The notes beneath the pieces are model-generated. The model searched no databases, was not told the origin of the DNA, and worked only from the letters and a program-made list of their open reading frames with translations. Shown piece after piece: positions 17,591 through 26,127 of a stretch of 64,000 nucleotides of DNA (position 1 is its first letter; each line of letters begins with the position of its first letter). Both the position numbers and the translations under genes were made by a program. Source of the stretch: a virus; IMG/VR virus record IMGVR_UViG_3300045988_082903, positions 1 to 64,000 of that record; one strand, 5' to 3'.

Positions 17591-19618
17591 TTACAATTCT
17601 TTCACCATCAAATCATCATCCGTCACTCTTAGGACAATCATCTGCTGTTCGGTGTTAGGAAGCCTGGTTGTGTTAATTGACTCTGAATTGTCAACAAAAA
17701 TCGGCAAATTCAAACCGTTCAAAGCCTGTAAGCCTCTAAGCAAATCAATGTCACACAAGATTTTGTCAGAATAATTCAAACCATCGAAGTAATTCACTCC
17801 ATTACAGATCATCTTGCAAGTTTCCACTGGATTTCCCTCAATCGTGTAATCAAGGAAACTGAATTGGAAATGATGGAAAAATGGATTGATTTTCTCTGCC
17901 AGTGCCTTATTCTTCTGAATTGAGAAGTTAAGAACGGTGTCAATGTTCTTTTCAATATCAGCTTGAACCTGTCCAAGGCTTTTCAGTTCTTCATTCAGTT
18001 CGGATACTCGCTTTTCTTTCTCTGTGACTGCTGCCTGTGCAATCTTAATGTCTGCATCCACATTGGAAATCTGTTTCATAACATTGCTGATCTGCATTCT
18101 TAATTCCTGTTTCTTTCCAGGAACATCATCAAATGATTTCAGTTTCTCTTCAAGATCTGCAATTCTCGCTGTAACCGCAAGATATTCTTCATCATTTGAC
18201 ATATCTACAGATTCTGGAAGCTCCGTAAATTTGGACTGTTCTTCCTCGATTTGTTTAGTAAGTTCAGCAACTTCATCCTGCGCCGCACTGATTTCCGACT
18301 GTAATTTTTTTATTTCCTCGTTAGTTTTCTTTAATTTTGCAGCGGAAGTATTTCCAAGGTCGCAGACATATTTAAGTTTTTCCTGCTTCTCCGATTCAAA
18401 AGATTCTTTTACTTTCAACTGTGCTTCAATTCTGGCTTTCTTTTTTTCTTCAAAGGAAGCTCTCAATTCGGCAACCTGTTCTTCTGACAGTTCCTGTCCA
18501 CAGGTCGGGCAAATAGTTTCTGAATCATTGAATGTTTCAGCTTCAATAGCTTTCAGTCCAGAATCATCCCACTCCATTTCCTTGATTCTCGGATAGTCCT
18601 GTCTGGCTCTATCCAAGTCAGCTTTTTCCTGTTGTCCTGCTCTTATGTGGTTATCCAGTTCCATTCCAATAATACGAATGCTTGATTCCTTTTCTGATTT
18701 TTTTAACCTAAGTTCGGAAACTGTATCAGAAATGAATTTTTGCCTGGCCCTTAACCATTCATTCGCCTTGCTAACAAGTCCATCCCTGGAGGATTTCAGC
18801 CCTCGGATTTCATATGAAAGGCTGTCATAGCCTTTTGCTGAATCTTCAAGAATCTGTTCCTGTTCTTCCAGTTTGGAAAGGTCCGCATTAAGCTCCTGTT
18901 TTTTGGATTCCAGGGAAGAAGTATCTTCTGCTTCAACAGTCCGATTGGTTTCATATGCAATCTCCGTGTTTTTGGCATCCACCTTTTTCTTCTGTGCATT
19001 CAGTTCCTTTCGGAGCTTCTTCAAGGTATCCTCTACGGAATGCCCCTTTGTGATTTCTTCCACATGAGCGTACTGTGGATTCTCTTCCATAAACTGAGCA
19101 ATATCGAAACCAGACATTTTTTCCAGTACCTTTCTGGATTCTGCGGTTGACTTCTGTAATGTATCCAGAAATGGTTTTGGATTACTGCACATCAGAAGCG
19201 TTGAAGATTCTGTTATTGACTGGATGAACTCGGTATAATCCTTTGATTTAGCTGGGAATCCGTCAATTTCATAAGAAGTTTCATTTCCATAGAACACCTC
19301 TTCGGACTGTCCTTTTGGTTTTCTCCACTTTTGCTTTGTGATTTTGCGGATCACTTTTTCTTTCCCATTAATCGCAAGTGTAAGCTCTCTTACAACATCA
19401 ACCTTTGGCACTTCCACGCCATTTTCTTTTCTACGAATAGAAGTCGGTTCTGTACCATTCGCCATCTTTCCTGTCAGAACGTCCAAATATGCGTCCTGCA
19501 ATGTGGATTTTCCTTCTCTGTTTCTGCCAGAAATCTCTGTTCTTGGAAACAAATCTACAGACTTACTCGGAAACTTCTTGTAATTCTCCAAGTAAATTTT
19601 TTTTACTTCCACTTTCAT
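17591..19618 (-). CDS. Rad50/SbcC-like SMC-type ATPase
   Basis: N-terminal Walker A GRNREGKST, long coiled coil with CPTC zinc-hook-like motif, C-terminal LPIFVDNSE Walker B-like. Confidence 0.75.
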   Translation of the reverse strand: MKVEVKKIYLENYKKFPSKSVDLFPRTEISGRNREGKSTLQDAYLDVLTGKMANGTEPTSIRRKENGVEVPKVDVVRELTLAINGKEKVIRKITKQKWRKPKGQSEEVFYGNETSYEIDGFPAKSKDYTEFIQSITESSTLLMCSNPKPFLDTLQKSTAESRKVLEKMSGFDIAQFMEENPQYAHVEEITKGHSVEDTLKKLRKELNAQKKKVDAKNTEIAYETNRTVEAEDTSSLESKKQELNADLSKLEEQEQILEDSAKGYDSLSYEIRGLKSSRDGLVSKANEWLRARQKFISDTVSELRLKKSEKESSIRIIGMELDNHIRAGQQEKADLDRARQDYPRIKEMEWDDSGLKAIEAETFNDSETICPTCGQELSEEQVAELRASFEEKKKARIEAQLKVKESFESEKQEKLKYVCDLGNTSAAKLKKTNEEIKKLQSEISAAQDEVAELTKQIEEEQSKFTELPESVDMSNDEEYLAVTARIADLEEKLKSFDDVPGKKQELRMQISNVMKQISNVDADIKIAQAAVTEKEKRVSELNEELKSLGQVQADIEKNIDTVLNFSIQKNKALAEKINPFFHHFQFSFLDYTIEGNPVETCKMICNGVNYFDGLNYSDKILCDIDLLRGLQALNGLNLPIFVDNSESINTTRLPNTEQQMIVLRVTDDDLMVKEL

Positions 19619-20219
19619 GCTCGATTATCCTCCCTATTGATACCTCATATGCAGTTCTAAGCTCTACTTCATCACCAGATAATTTTTTATGATAAATCCG
19701 GCTCTGGATTCTTCCGATTATTTTTACGAAATCTCCAACCTTGAAATCAGCAGCTTCTCTGGCTTCATTCCACCATGCGATACATGGGATATAATCTGTT
19801 CTTTGCAAGTCATATTCGTTGCAGGCAATCATCAAATCACAGATTTCTTTTCCTATTGGTGTTTTGCGGTAAATAGGCGATTTGCAAAGATAACCTTCCA
19901 GAATGATTTTGTTTTCATCTTCTACGCTTCCATCTCCATCCAATAATGTTTCTGCTTTAACTTCCAATATTAAATGTGATTTTCCATTTTCCTTTTTATT
20001 GTATGAAGTGTATTTTCCCTCAATATAGATGTGTTCTCCAATTTTCCAGTTTTCTGCCATTCTTTCTGGTATTGCTACTGGAAGTAAATCTACGTTTCCA
20101 CTGGTACGCTTTGCACCAATATAGAATCTTACAAACTTTTCTCCGTCCTTGAAAAATGTTCCCGGCTGAATGTCCATTATTACGCCAGATATCTGAACTT
20201 CATTTTTATTGTTCTTCAT
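19563..20219 (-). CDS. Tandem-OB-fold SSB-like protein (paralogue B)
   Basis: Two SSB-like halves; second half TDYIPCIAWWNEAREAA..GDFVKIIGRIQSRIY; 3' end overlaps the ATPase start by 56 nt. Confidence 0.6.
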   Translation of the reverse strand: MKNNKNEVQISGVIMDIQPGTFFKDGEKFVRFYIGAKRTSGNVDLLPVAIPERMAENWKIGEHIYIEGKYTSYNKKENGKSHLILEVKAETLLDGDGSVEDENKIILEGYLCKSPIYRKTPIGKEICDLMIACNEYDLQRTDYIPCIAWWNEAREAADFKVGDFVKIIGRIQSRIYHKKLSGDEVELRTAYEVSIGRIIEHESGSKKNLLGELQEVSE

Positions 20220-20826
20220 CCTCCAATTTCTCCATTTCTTTTACGGAAATCTCATATACACTTTCCGTTTCTTCCACATTAACATAAACATCACGGCTCA
20301 TTAACCTGCCAGTTACTTTAATGTAATCATTCCTTTTAACGTCTACCGCCAGATCAGCACCTTTTCCCCATAAAGTGCAGCGAGTAAAGTCGGCTCTTTC
20401 TGAAAAATCTCTTGGAATTGCCACAAAAAGGTTCAAAACTTTCCTGTGCGTTACTGGTGTAAGTTTTGCATATGGCTCTTTTGTGCAACTTCTGGCAATA
20501 AACTCTACTTCGTTTATATCACCATCTGGAACCTGTTCATCCAGGATTTCCACCTCGTCAGCTGCGATATAATTAGCATTGTGGTGCTTATTTGGATTTT
20601 TAGAAGTGTCCATGCTTCTGATTGCCCCTGTTACAACAACTTCTTTTCCGTTATAATCATTGTCACGTACAATGGAATCTTCGATAACAATTGGGAACAT
20701 ATCTACTGCACCGCTTTTACGAATGACTGTCAGCATGAATTTGTAATAGTATCTTCCGTAATGTTCGTGGCTGAACACTATTTCCCCGGCTCTACCGGAT
20801 AATCTTACTTTATTTAATCTTTGCAT
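20206..20826 (-). CDS. Tandem-OB-fold SSB-like protein (paralogue A)
   Basis: LNKVRLSGRAGE... and ADFTRCTLWGKGADLA..DYIKVTGRLMSRDVY. Confidence 0.6.
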   Translation of the reverse strand: MQRLNKVRLSGRAGEIVFSHEHYGRYYYKFMLTVIRKSGAVDMFPIVIEDSIVRDNDYNGKEVVVTGAIRSMDTSKNPNKHHNANYIAADEVEILDEQVPDGDINEVEFIARSCTKEPYAKLTPVTHRKVLNLFVAIPRDFSERADFTRCTLWGKGADLAVDVKRNDYIKVTGRLMSRDVYVNVEETESVYEISVKEMEKLEDEEQ

Positions 20827-21003
20827 TTACTTTTCCTCCGTTCCTAATATAATAGGAAGAAACACTATTGAGAATAAGACTGCTGATACGAAGAACACCC
20901 CGATAACATCAAATGATGTAAGCATCCATGTAATTGAGAAGATTACTGTAAACATCCATATTCCTACAAATATTTCTCCTATTGTCTTTACCACCTCTTT
21001 CAT
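20827..21003 (-). CDS. Small membrane protein (58 aa)
   Basis: Hand translation MKEVVKTIGEIFVGIWMFTVIFSITWMLTSFDVIGVFFVSAVLFSIVFLPIILGTEEK; stop abuts the next ATG. Confidence 0.45.
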   Translation of the reverse strand: MKEVVKTIGEIFVGIWMFTVIFSITWMLTSFDVIGVFFVSAVLFSIVFLPIILGTEEK

Positions 21004-21010
21004 TTTGTCC

Positions 21011-21145
21011 TCACTTTCTTCTGGATGTGGTTACTGCAAGTGCAGTTGCCAGAATAGCGATAATTACATTTCTTGCCATCAGCTTTTCTTCCAGATCAGC
21101 AATGATTTCACTGGAAAGTGGCTGATTTTCGCCATTTTTTTGCAT
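21011..21145 (-). CDS. Small protein (44 aa) with C-terminal hydrophobic segment
   Basis: ATG 21143-21145 after CAGGAGGAC; MQKNGENQPLSSEIIADLEEKLMARNVIIAILATALAVTTSRRK. Confidence 0.4.
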   Translation of the reverse strand: MQKNGENQPLSSEIIADLEEKLMARNVIIAILATALAVTTSRRK

Positions 21146-21171
21146 AAAAAGTCCTCCTGTTATATTTTTGT

Positions 21172-21200
21172 TTGTCAAATACAGGAGGTTGTGTTATAAT
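21172..21200 (+). promoter_or_regulatory. Promoter-like element pointing antisense into 21274..22002
   Basis: TTGTCA - 17 nt - TGtTATAAT. Confidence 0.3.
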
Positions 21201-21273
21201 AATCCTGTATTTAACTAACTCATTCTTAGTTAGATACCGTCCTGGTTGGTGTGACCGCACCTTCCAGGGCAAC

Positions 21274-22002
21274 TTAATCTACTTCTACAAATTTTCCGTC
21301 TTTCAACATATAGAAAGTATCTTCTTTAATGTTTTCTCCATCTACTTTTGCTGATTTAATATCTACAATATGATATTCATTATTAATTTCTTTCCACTCA
21401 GTCAGAACAATAAAACATCCGATTTTTCCCTTAGCTTTTGATTTAATTCCTGTAGCTAACGCAATGCTTTCTTTTCCTTCGACAATTGCCGCTGACTGAT
21501 ATCCGGTATTGGTTGCCGCTGACTGATCTCCGGTATTGGTTGCTGCTGACCGATATCCGGTATTGGTTGCCGCTGAATAATCTCCGGTATTGGTTGCCGC
21601 TGACTGATCTCCGGTATTGGTTGCTGCTGACCGATCTCCGGTATTGGTTGCCGCTGACTGATATCCGGTATTGGTTGCCTTATCATCTTCCCAATCAACT
21701 TGCTCTTTTATATATTCAACGCCAGCTTTTATAATTCCGGCAATTCCAATTTCTGCTTTTACGGAAATTTTCTTTCCAACTCTCTTGCTATCATCAGATG
21801 ATTTCTGGCCATTCTCTTCAAGCTCAACTTCACAATATCTGGAATCTGAAGGTGGATAATAACCGAATACATCCATCGGAAATTCGCAAGCATGGAATCC
21901 ACAATTACAAATGTCTGCTTTTTCTTCTGTGTATTCTTTTCCAATTTCATAATGGAAATCTCTACACTTTAAATCTTTGTCAAAGCCTTTAAAGCATTTC
22001 AT
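21274..22002 (-). CDS. Repeat protein: conserved Cys/His N-domain plus seven SAATNTG(D/Y)x nonapeptide repeats
   Basis: N-terminus KGFDKDLKCRDFHYEIGKEY..CNCGFHACEFPMDVFGYY; I recall similar phage proteins with SAATxxG repeats (possibly DUF7666; unverified). Confidence 0.7.
   Translation of the reverse strand: MKCFKGFDKDLKCRDFHYEIGKEYTEEKADICNCGFHACEFPMDVFGYYPPSDSRYCEVELEENGQKSSDDSKRVGKKISVKAEIGIAGIIKAGVEYIKEQVDWEDDKATNTGYQSAATNTGDRSAATNTGDQSAATNTGDYSAATNTGYRSAATNTGDQSAATNTGYQSAAIVEGKESIALATGIKSKAKGKIGCFIVLTEWKEINNEYHIVDIKSAKVDGENIKEDTFYMLKDGKFVEVD
21488..21676. repeat. 7 x 27-nt tandem repeat inside CDS
   Basis: Unit gccgctgactgatatccggtattggtt; variation confined to a few positions; open in all three minus frames. 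Confidence 0.9.
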
Positions 22003-22187
22003 TCTTTCTTTTCCTCCTTTGATTTTTCTGCATCAAGCCCAAGCATTCTAAATGCCATTTTCTTTGTGAAATCATAATCGTTCACGCTATTCGCCCAAGC
22101 TTCAAATGCCTTTAATCTTCCAACCAGAAGTGCGTATTCCTCATTGGCGTTCTCTGGAATATAATCTGTGCTTTTGGTTTCTCCCAT
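21999..22187 (-). CDS. Hypothetical protein
   Basis: 62-aa ORF, 4-nt overlap. Confidence 0.5.
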   Translation of the reverse strand: MGETKSTDYIPENANEEYALLVGRLKAFEAWANSVNDYDFTKKMAFRMLGLDAEKSKEEKKE

Positions 22188-22189
22188 GA

Positions 22190-22480
22190 TTAGTCCTCCT
22201 TATCTTTTGCTCCAAATGTTTTAAGCATTTCTTCCAGAAGCGAAACAATCGGAATAATTGCATCTACCTGTTTGAACTTTTCCTTGATTTCTTTGTCAAA
22301 TTCTTCCTCATTCATAAGACCATGCTCGAAAGAATGTCTAAGCTGCTCTTTTACGTCTTTCTCTTCTCCACCATTTTTTACGAACATCTCTTTAATTTCA
22401 TGGGTGATAACTGCATACTCTGAAAGAATATCAATCCCTTTACCAGAAATATTAACTAAGCCGTTTTCAAATTTAATCAT
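22190..22480 (-). CDS. Hypothetical protein
   Basis: 96-aa ORF. Confidence 0.5.
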   Translation of the reverse strand: MIKFENGLVNISGKGIDILSEYAVITHEIKEMFVKNGGEEKDVKEQLRHSFEHGLMNEEEFDKEIKEKFKQVDAIIPIVSLLEEMLKTFGAKDKED

Positions 22481-22500
22481 TGTTTTTCCTCCCTATTTTC

Positions 22501-22529
22501 TTTTATTATCTCCCTCTGAATGGTATAAT
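22501..22529 (+). promoter_or_regulatory. Extended -10 promoter for 22555..22788
   Basis: TGgTATAAT at 22521-22529, weak -35 TTTTAT. Confidence 0.4.
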
Positions 22530-22554
22530 GTGTTCAGAAAGGAGGTGTGTTAAA

Positions 22555-22788
22555 ATGTTTCTCAAATTAAAAGTTTCCTGTACTTGTCATTGTGATTACT
22601 ATATAAGTGAAAGAATAAGTACAGACAAGGTTGTGTGCCCGAATTGCGGAAAGGAACATCCTTATTCTCATAAAATAATTTCAATGCTTCATGCCGCAAA
22701 TGAGATTGATGATGGCAATGTTCCCGGAGCAGAAACAATAAAAACTTCCGTTATTTCTGAATGGGAAGATGTGACTGAGCGTCAATAA
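22555..22788 (+). CDS. Opposite-strand zinc-ribbon small protein (moron-like)
   Basis: ATG 22555 nine nt after AGGAGGTG; CTCHC...CPNC. Confidence 0.55.
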   Translation: MFLKLKVSCTCHCDYYISERISTDKVVCPNCGKEHPYSHKIISMLHAANEIDDGNVPGAETIKTSVISEWEDVTERQ

Positions 22789-22969
22789 CAATCTTCATGT
22801 ACTCTAAAAAGCCTTTCGCTTCAGTGGCGGACAGACCGCATTCGGCAATTTCGTTTTTTACTTTTTCTACAAGGTCGCTTGCCTTCTGTCCGTTTTTGTG
22901 GCGATATAACTGATATATTTTGGAATCATAATCGGATAACCTTTCAGCAACGTAATCATCTGCTAACAT
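22751..22969 (-). CDS. Hypothetical protein
   Basis: Start ATG 22967-22969 eight nt after GGAGGTG; 3' end overlaps the convergent plus-strand gene by 38 nt. Confidence 0.45.
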   Translation of the reverse strand: MLADDYVAERLSDYDSKIYQLYRHKNGQKASDLVEKVKNEIAECGLSATEAKGFLEYMKIVIDAQSHLPIQK

Positions 22970-22985
22970 TCTTTGTTCACCTCCC

Positions 22986-23258
22986 CTATTCAATAATTGT
23001 AAGATCTTCATCCACCGCAAATGGTTCAGTAACAAATATTCCATCTTCTTTAAAGAGAAGATCAATTTCAACATGTTGCTTATTTGCACACTTCACAACA
23101 ACTACATTCTCATTTTCTTCTTTGGTATGTGTGAACAAAATATCTGCAATTTCAAAACCTACAAGAGAATGAAAAATTTCTGGATTATCTCCATAAAATT
23201 CGTAGCTTTTAATATCTTTCACTGTTTTACCCTCATTTTCTTTCTGAATTAATATCAT
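22986..23258 (-). CDS. Hypothetical protein
   Basis: 90-aa ORF. Confidence 0.5.
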   Translation of the reverse strand: MILIQKENEGKTVKDIKSYEFYGDNPEIFHSLVGFEIADILFTHTKEENENVVVVKCANKQHVEIDLLFKEDGIFVTEPFAVDEDLTIIE

Positions 23259-23935
23259 AATTGCAATCGCGAATCTGCATTTTTGTATTTGTACACGGTT
23301 GCCATCCCTTGATGTACTTCACAGCTTCCTCATATCTTAATTTTGGAATGTTGTTTCTTGCGTTTACACCGAAATAAGATTTCACATCTCGATTACATTC
23401 TGCGAATACTTTCTTTCCGATTTCTGAATAGGCATTGGAATTCTTTCCGCCCAACGCTTCAATAACCACTAGCGAAACCAGATCCCCAAGATATTTTTGC
23501 TGACCGTAGTCAATTGTCATTGTATTTTCAAGTTTTTCGATTCTTTCCTCATGATCTGCTGTGCCCTGGGCAAGAATCTGAATTTGTTCGGCAACCGTCA
23601 ATGGTTTTCTGTAGGAACCTGTCTTTCGAATTTCTGGGAGAACTTTACTTGTCACCCAGTCTGTAAACCTTTCGGCAGATTCTTTTCTGCTCTGGAAAAT
23701 CAATTTATACATATTGGGTTCATTTACAAAGTTAGCATTCTGCTTTCTCCCGATACCATCAATGACCTCATTTGTAATGACCCCCATCTGCATTTAACCT
23801 TGTCTTTGCCTGGCTCGGATTTGAAATTTCTAATGCTTTGCATATATCAATCATGCAAAACCAAGGTTCATTATCAATAGTTATTGTCCGAATATCTCCG
23901 AACTCTGGCGAATTAAAAATCTGTAATTCGTTCAT
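23233..23935 (-). pseudogene. Bro-N family antirepressor-like gene split by a +1 nt frameshift in a G5 run
   Basis: N-part MNELQIFNSPEFGDIRTITIDNEPWFCMIDICKALE..RLNADG (23768..23935). It continues as VITNEVIDGIGRKQ...FTDWVTSKVLPEIRKTGSY in ORF 23233..23793. Deleting one C of C5 at 23781-23785 (plus strand) fuses them. Confidence 0.75.
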
Positions 23936-23963
23936 TAGTCTCCTTTCTGTGATATAATCTCCT

Positions 23964-24188
23964 TTAGGAAGGTGTAATCTCTTTTACATAGAGCACATCT
24001 ACTTGGTTAAATTTCAAGCAATATTGCTTTCCGTTGTCATCCCATTCCAAACGTATCAGTTGATCTCTAATGTCTGGTTTCACAATATCATCCGGGAACA
24101 CACACGGAATTTCGATTGTTTCCCCATTTTTAAATTTGATAATTGTCATCTTCTCCTTATAATCTCTCCTTTCTTGTGTTATACTCAC
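23964..24188 (-). CDS. Hypothetical protein
   Basis: ORF with GTG start; internal ATG at 24149 behind AAGGAG is an alternative start. Confidence 0.45.
   Translation of the reverse strand: MSITQERRDYKEKMTIIKFKNGETIEIPCVFPDDIVKPDIRDQLIRLEWDDNGKQYCLKFNQVDVLYVKEITPS
24136..24163 (+). promoter_or_regulatory. Sigma70-like promoter for the plus-strand 62-aa ORF
   Basis: TTGATA - 16 nt - TATAAT. Confidence 0.45.
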
Positions 24189-24211
24189 TATAAGAGTGGA
24201 GGTGATGATTA

Positions 24212-24400
24212 TTGGTATTTAATGGTTTCTGCGATAAGCAGAACAAAAATTATTCCATTGAAGCTTCTCTCATTAATACTGGATCATTGGATGATTTGAC
24301 GCCTAATTACACAATAGGTCGAATTAAGTGTAATTATGCAAGCAAAACTGGATGTTGTTCAAATCCGAAACAATGTTCCATTTTAAAAGCTTCAAAATAA
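24212..24400 (+). CDS. Opposite-strand Cys-rich 62-aa peptide
   Basis: TTG start nine nt after GGAGGTGA, in a 240-nt gap with no minus-strand ORF; C-terminal part KCNYASKTGCCSNPKQC. Confidence 0.45.
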   Translation: MVFNGFCDKQNKNYSIEASLINTGSLDDLTPNYTIGRIKCNYASKTGCCSNPKQCSILKASK

Positions 24401-24429
24401 TTCTGTTTGGCTCTCTGAGATATGGGAGC

Positions 24430-24702
24430 CTATTCTGTTTGAAATTTCAGCATCCTTGGTGAATCTTTAAACTTGATTCCCTCAATTTCCCCGATACCTT
24501 TCTGGTTCACCTGCAACATCTGCAAGTCCGTGGATAAATTTAAAGCATTCAGATCAATGGAAAGAATAGGTTCTGAATCTCCAACTCCCTGTTTCAGCTC
24601 AAAGCTTCTTACTCCTTCGAGTTTGTGACCATCTACAAGGATTTCTGTAAATATTCCACATTCGCCATTTACTTGCTGGATTTCGATTTTTGATACTTTC
24701 AT
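24430..24702 (-). CDS. Hypothetical protein
   Basis: 90-aa ORF. Confidence 0.5.
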   Translation of the reverse strand: MKVSKIEIQQVNGECGIFTEILVDGHKLEGVRSFELKQGVGDSEPILSIDLNALNLSTDLQMLQVNQKGIGEIEGIKFKDSPRMLKFQTE

Positions 24703-24872
24703 TAGTCTCCTTTCTGATCTAAATCAACAGTTTCTTTTTTATCTGTTTTTTGTTCCAGGTTGTTATCAGAAAAACTTTCCACTTTCCCAAGAATGTAGCC
24801 TTTATCAAATTCCGACATCTTAGGAATTGCTTCTTTCAGCTTTTCTACGATTTTTTTTTCTTTTTCTGACAT
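24702..24872 (-). CDS. Small acidic protein (56 aa)
   Basis: ATG 24870-24872 after GAAAGGAAG; MSEKEKKIVEKLKEAIPKMSEFDKGY...; TAATG overlap with the next gene. Confidence 0.45.
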   Translation of the reverse strand: MSEKEKKIVEKLKEAIPKMSEFDKGYILGKVESFSDNNLEQKTDKKETVDLDQKGD

Positions 24873-24894
24873 TATCTATTTCACTTCCTTTCTT

Positions 24895-25716
24895 CTACGC
24901 ACAATATTTAATTTCGTATTCAGTTACGATTTTGGAGAAAATCTCTCGCAGCTTTTTATCGTCATCGATGACGTCCATTTTGTTTAGTGAATTAATTTCT
25001 GTTTTGGTGCAACCATTTTCAGCCATGCGTTTTCGCTTATTTCTTAATCTTGTATTCAGATCACATCCAGCCCGGCGTTCCAATTCTGCGTACATTTCTG
25101 TTCTAAGCATTTTAAACTCTGCTCCGGCACCTTTTTGTATGCGATTGAATTTAGAATTAATTTCTGAACGCCAGTTATCAAATACAGGCTTAACCGCTTC
25201 TTTGATGTTCTCTGTAGTTGCAACAGCTTTATCTGCGGTTTCTTTGGCAATTAAAATCTGCCTGTCTCTTTCTTTGTCGGCAAGTTCTTTCTCTACCATT
25301 TGTGAAAGTAGTCCCTGTAACATTTGAAGTTCTGGTGACAATGCCCTTTTTACAGTTTCTTTGGTTTTAAAGTACCCATTTACAAGCTGTCTCTGAACAT
25401 CCCATGCTAAATCGTCTGTGAAAGACTTTACTAACATTAGATATCCTTGTCCTGTGGCAAGGACAACTTTTTCTGGGACGCCGCCTTGTGGTCTTTCCAA
25501 ACCAAGCGTCCGAATTTCGGACGGCTGAGTTATAACGAAGAAATCTTCTCCTTCAATAAAGTGATTTCGATTGTCGTTGAATCTCTTCCTTGCCGTTCCG
25601 TCTGGTCTGCCGTGTACCATGTCAATATCTTTCAATGTAACAACTCGCTGACCGTTATACTCTTTTATTGAGATATCTGAATTTCCAATATGTACTAACT
25701 TATTCGTGTTTATCAC
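24895..25716 (-). CDS. ORF6N/ORF6C-type antirepressor-like protein
   Basis: IKEYNGQRVVTLKDIDMVHGRPDGTARKRFNDN..FIEGEDFF N-domain; C-terminal RRAGCDLNTRLRN...NGCTK shared with 39102..39905. Confidence 0.7.
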   Translation of the reverse strand: MINTNKLVHIGNSDISIKEYNGQRVVTLKDIDMVHGRPDGTARKRFNDNRNHFIEGEDFFVITQPSEIRTLGLERPQGGVPEKVVLATGQGYLMLVKSFTDDLAWDVQRQLVNGYFKTKETVKRALSPELQMLQGLLSQMVEKELADKERDRQILIAKETADKAVATTENIKEAVKPVFDNWRSEINSKFNRIQKGAGAEFKMLRTEMYAELERRAGCDLNTRLRNKRKRMAENGCTKTEINSLNKMDVIDDDKKLREIFSKIVTEYEIKYCA

Positions 25717-25751
25717 TCCTTTCTTAATCTGATTTTCAATTCCGTTTTGTG

Positions 25752-25780
25752 TTGAAAATATTTTTCCTATGTGTTAAAAT
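25752..25780 (+). promoter_or_regulatory. Sigma70-like promoter in the ORF-free gap
   Basis: TTGAAA - 17 nt - TGtTAAAAT. Confidence 0.4.
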
Positions 25781-26095
25781 TCTTTCATACCCAAATAATG
25801 GGCAATGAAAGGAGTTGTTTGCTTTGACCCAACTTTTGAATTTGCCCTGTTCCTTATTGTAGGTCGCAGGCAGAGTGAACTGCGTTACCAAAGTACGTTA
25901 AGCAATTTCGTTCACCGCATTGAACAAAATTCCTACATTCGCCAACTAATGGGCAGCTAATCTTTTTTCACTCAATCGCAGAACTAAAACTGCGTAAGTG
26001 GCGAAGTGTTTCAAGAAACATTTGGTGCTGCTTATGTGACTGAACAAGTGTGTTCAGTCTGCAAAACACATAAGGTAAACAAATTTAGGCAAGAA

Positions 26096-26126
26096 CTGAT
26101 AGGACAGCACTCCTGTCAGTTTTTTT
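26096..26126 (+). terminator. Intrinsic terminator oriented for the plus strand
   Basis: CTGATAGG / CCTGTCAG 8-bp stem (one G-U), 8-nt loop, then T7. Confidence 0.6.
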
Positions 26127-26127
26127 G

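Noticed and set aside
21456-21734. Track ORFs 21456..21698 (-) and 21486..21734 (+) as separate genes
   Set aside because: They are alternative-frame or antisense readings of the 27-nt tandem repeat, which is open in several frames. Only the 242-aa frame has flanking non-repeat domains and operon context.
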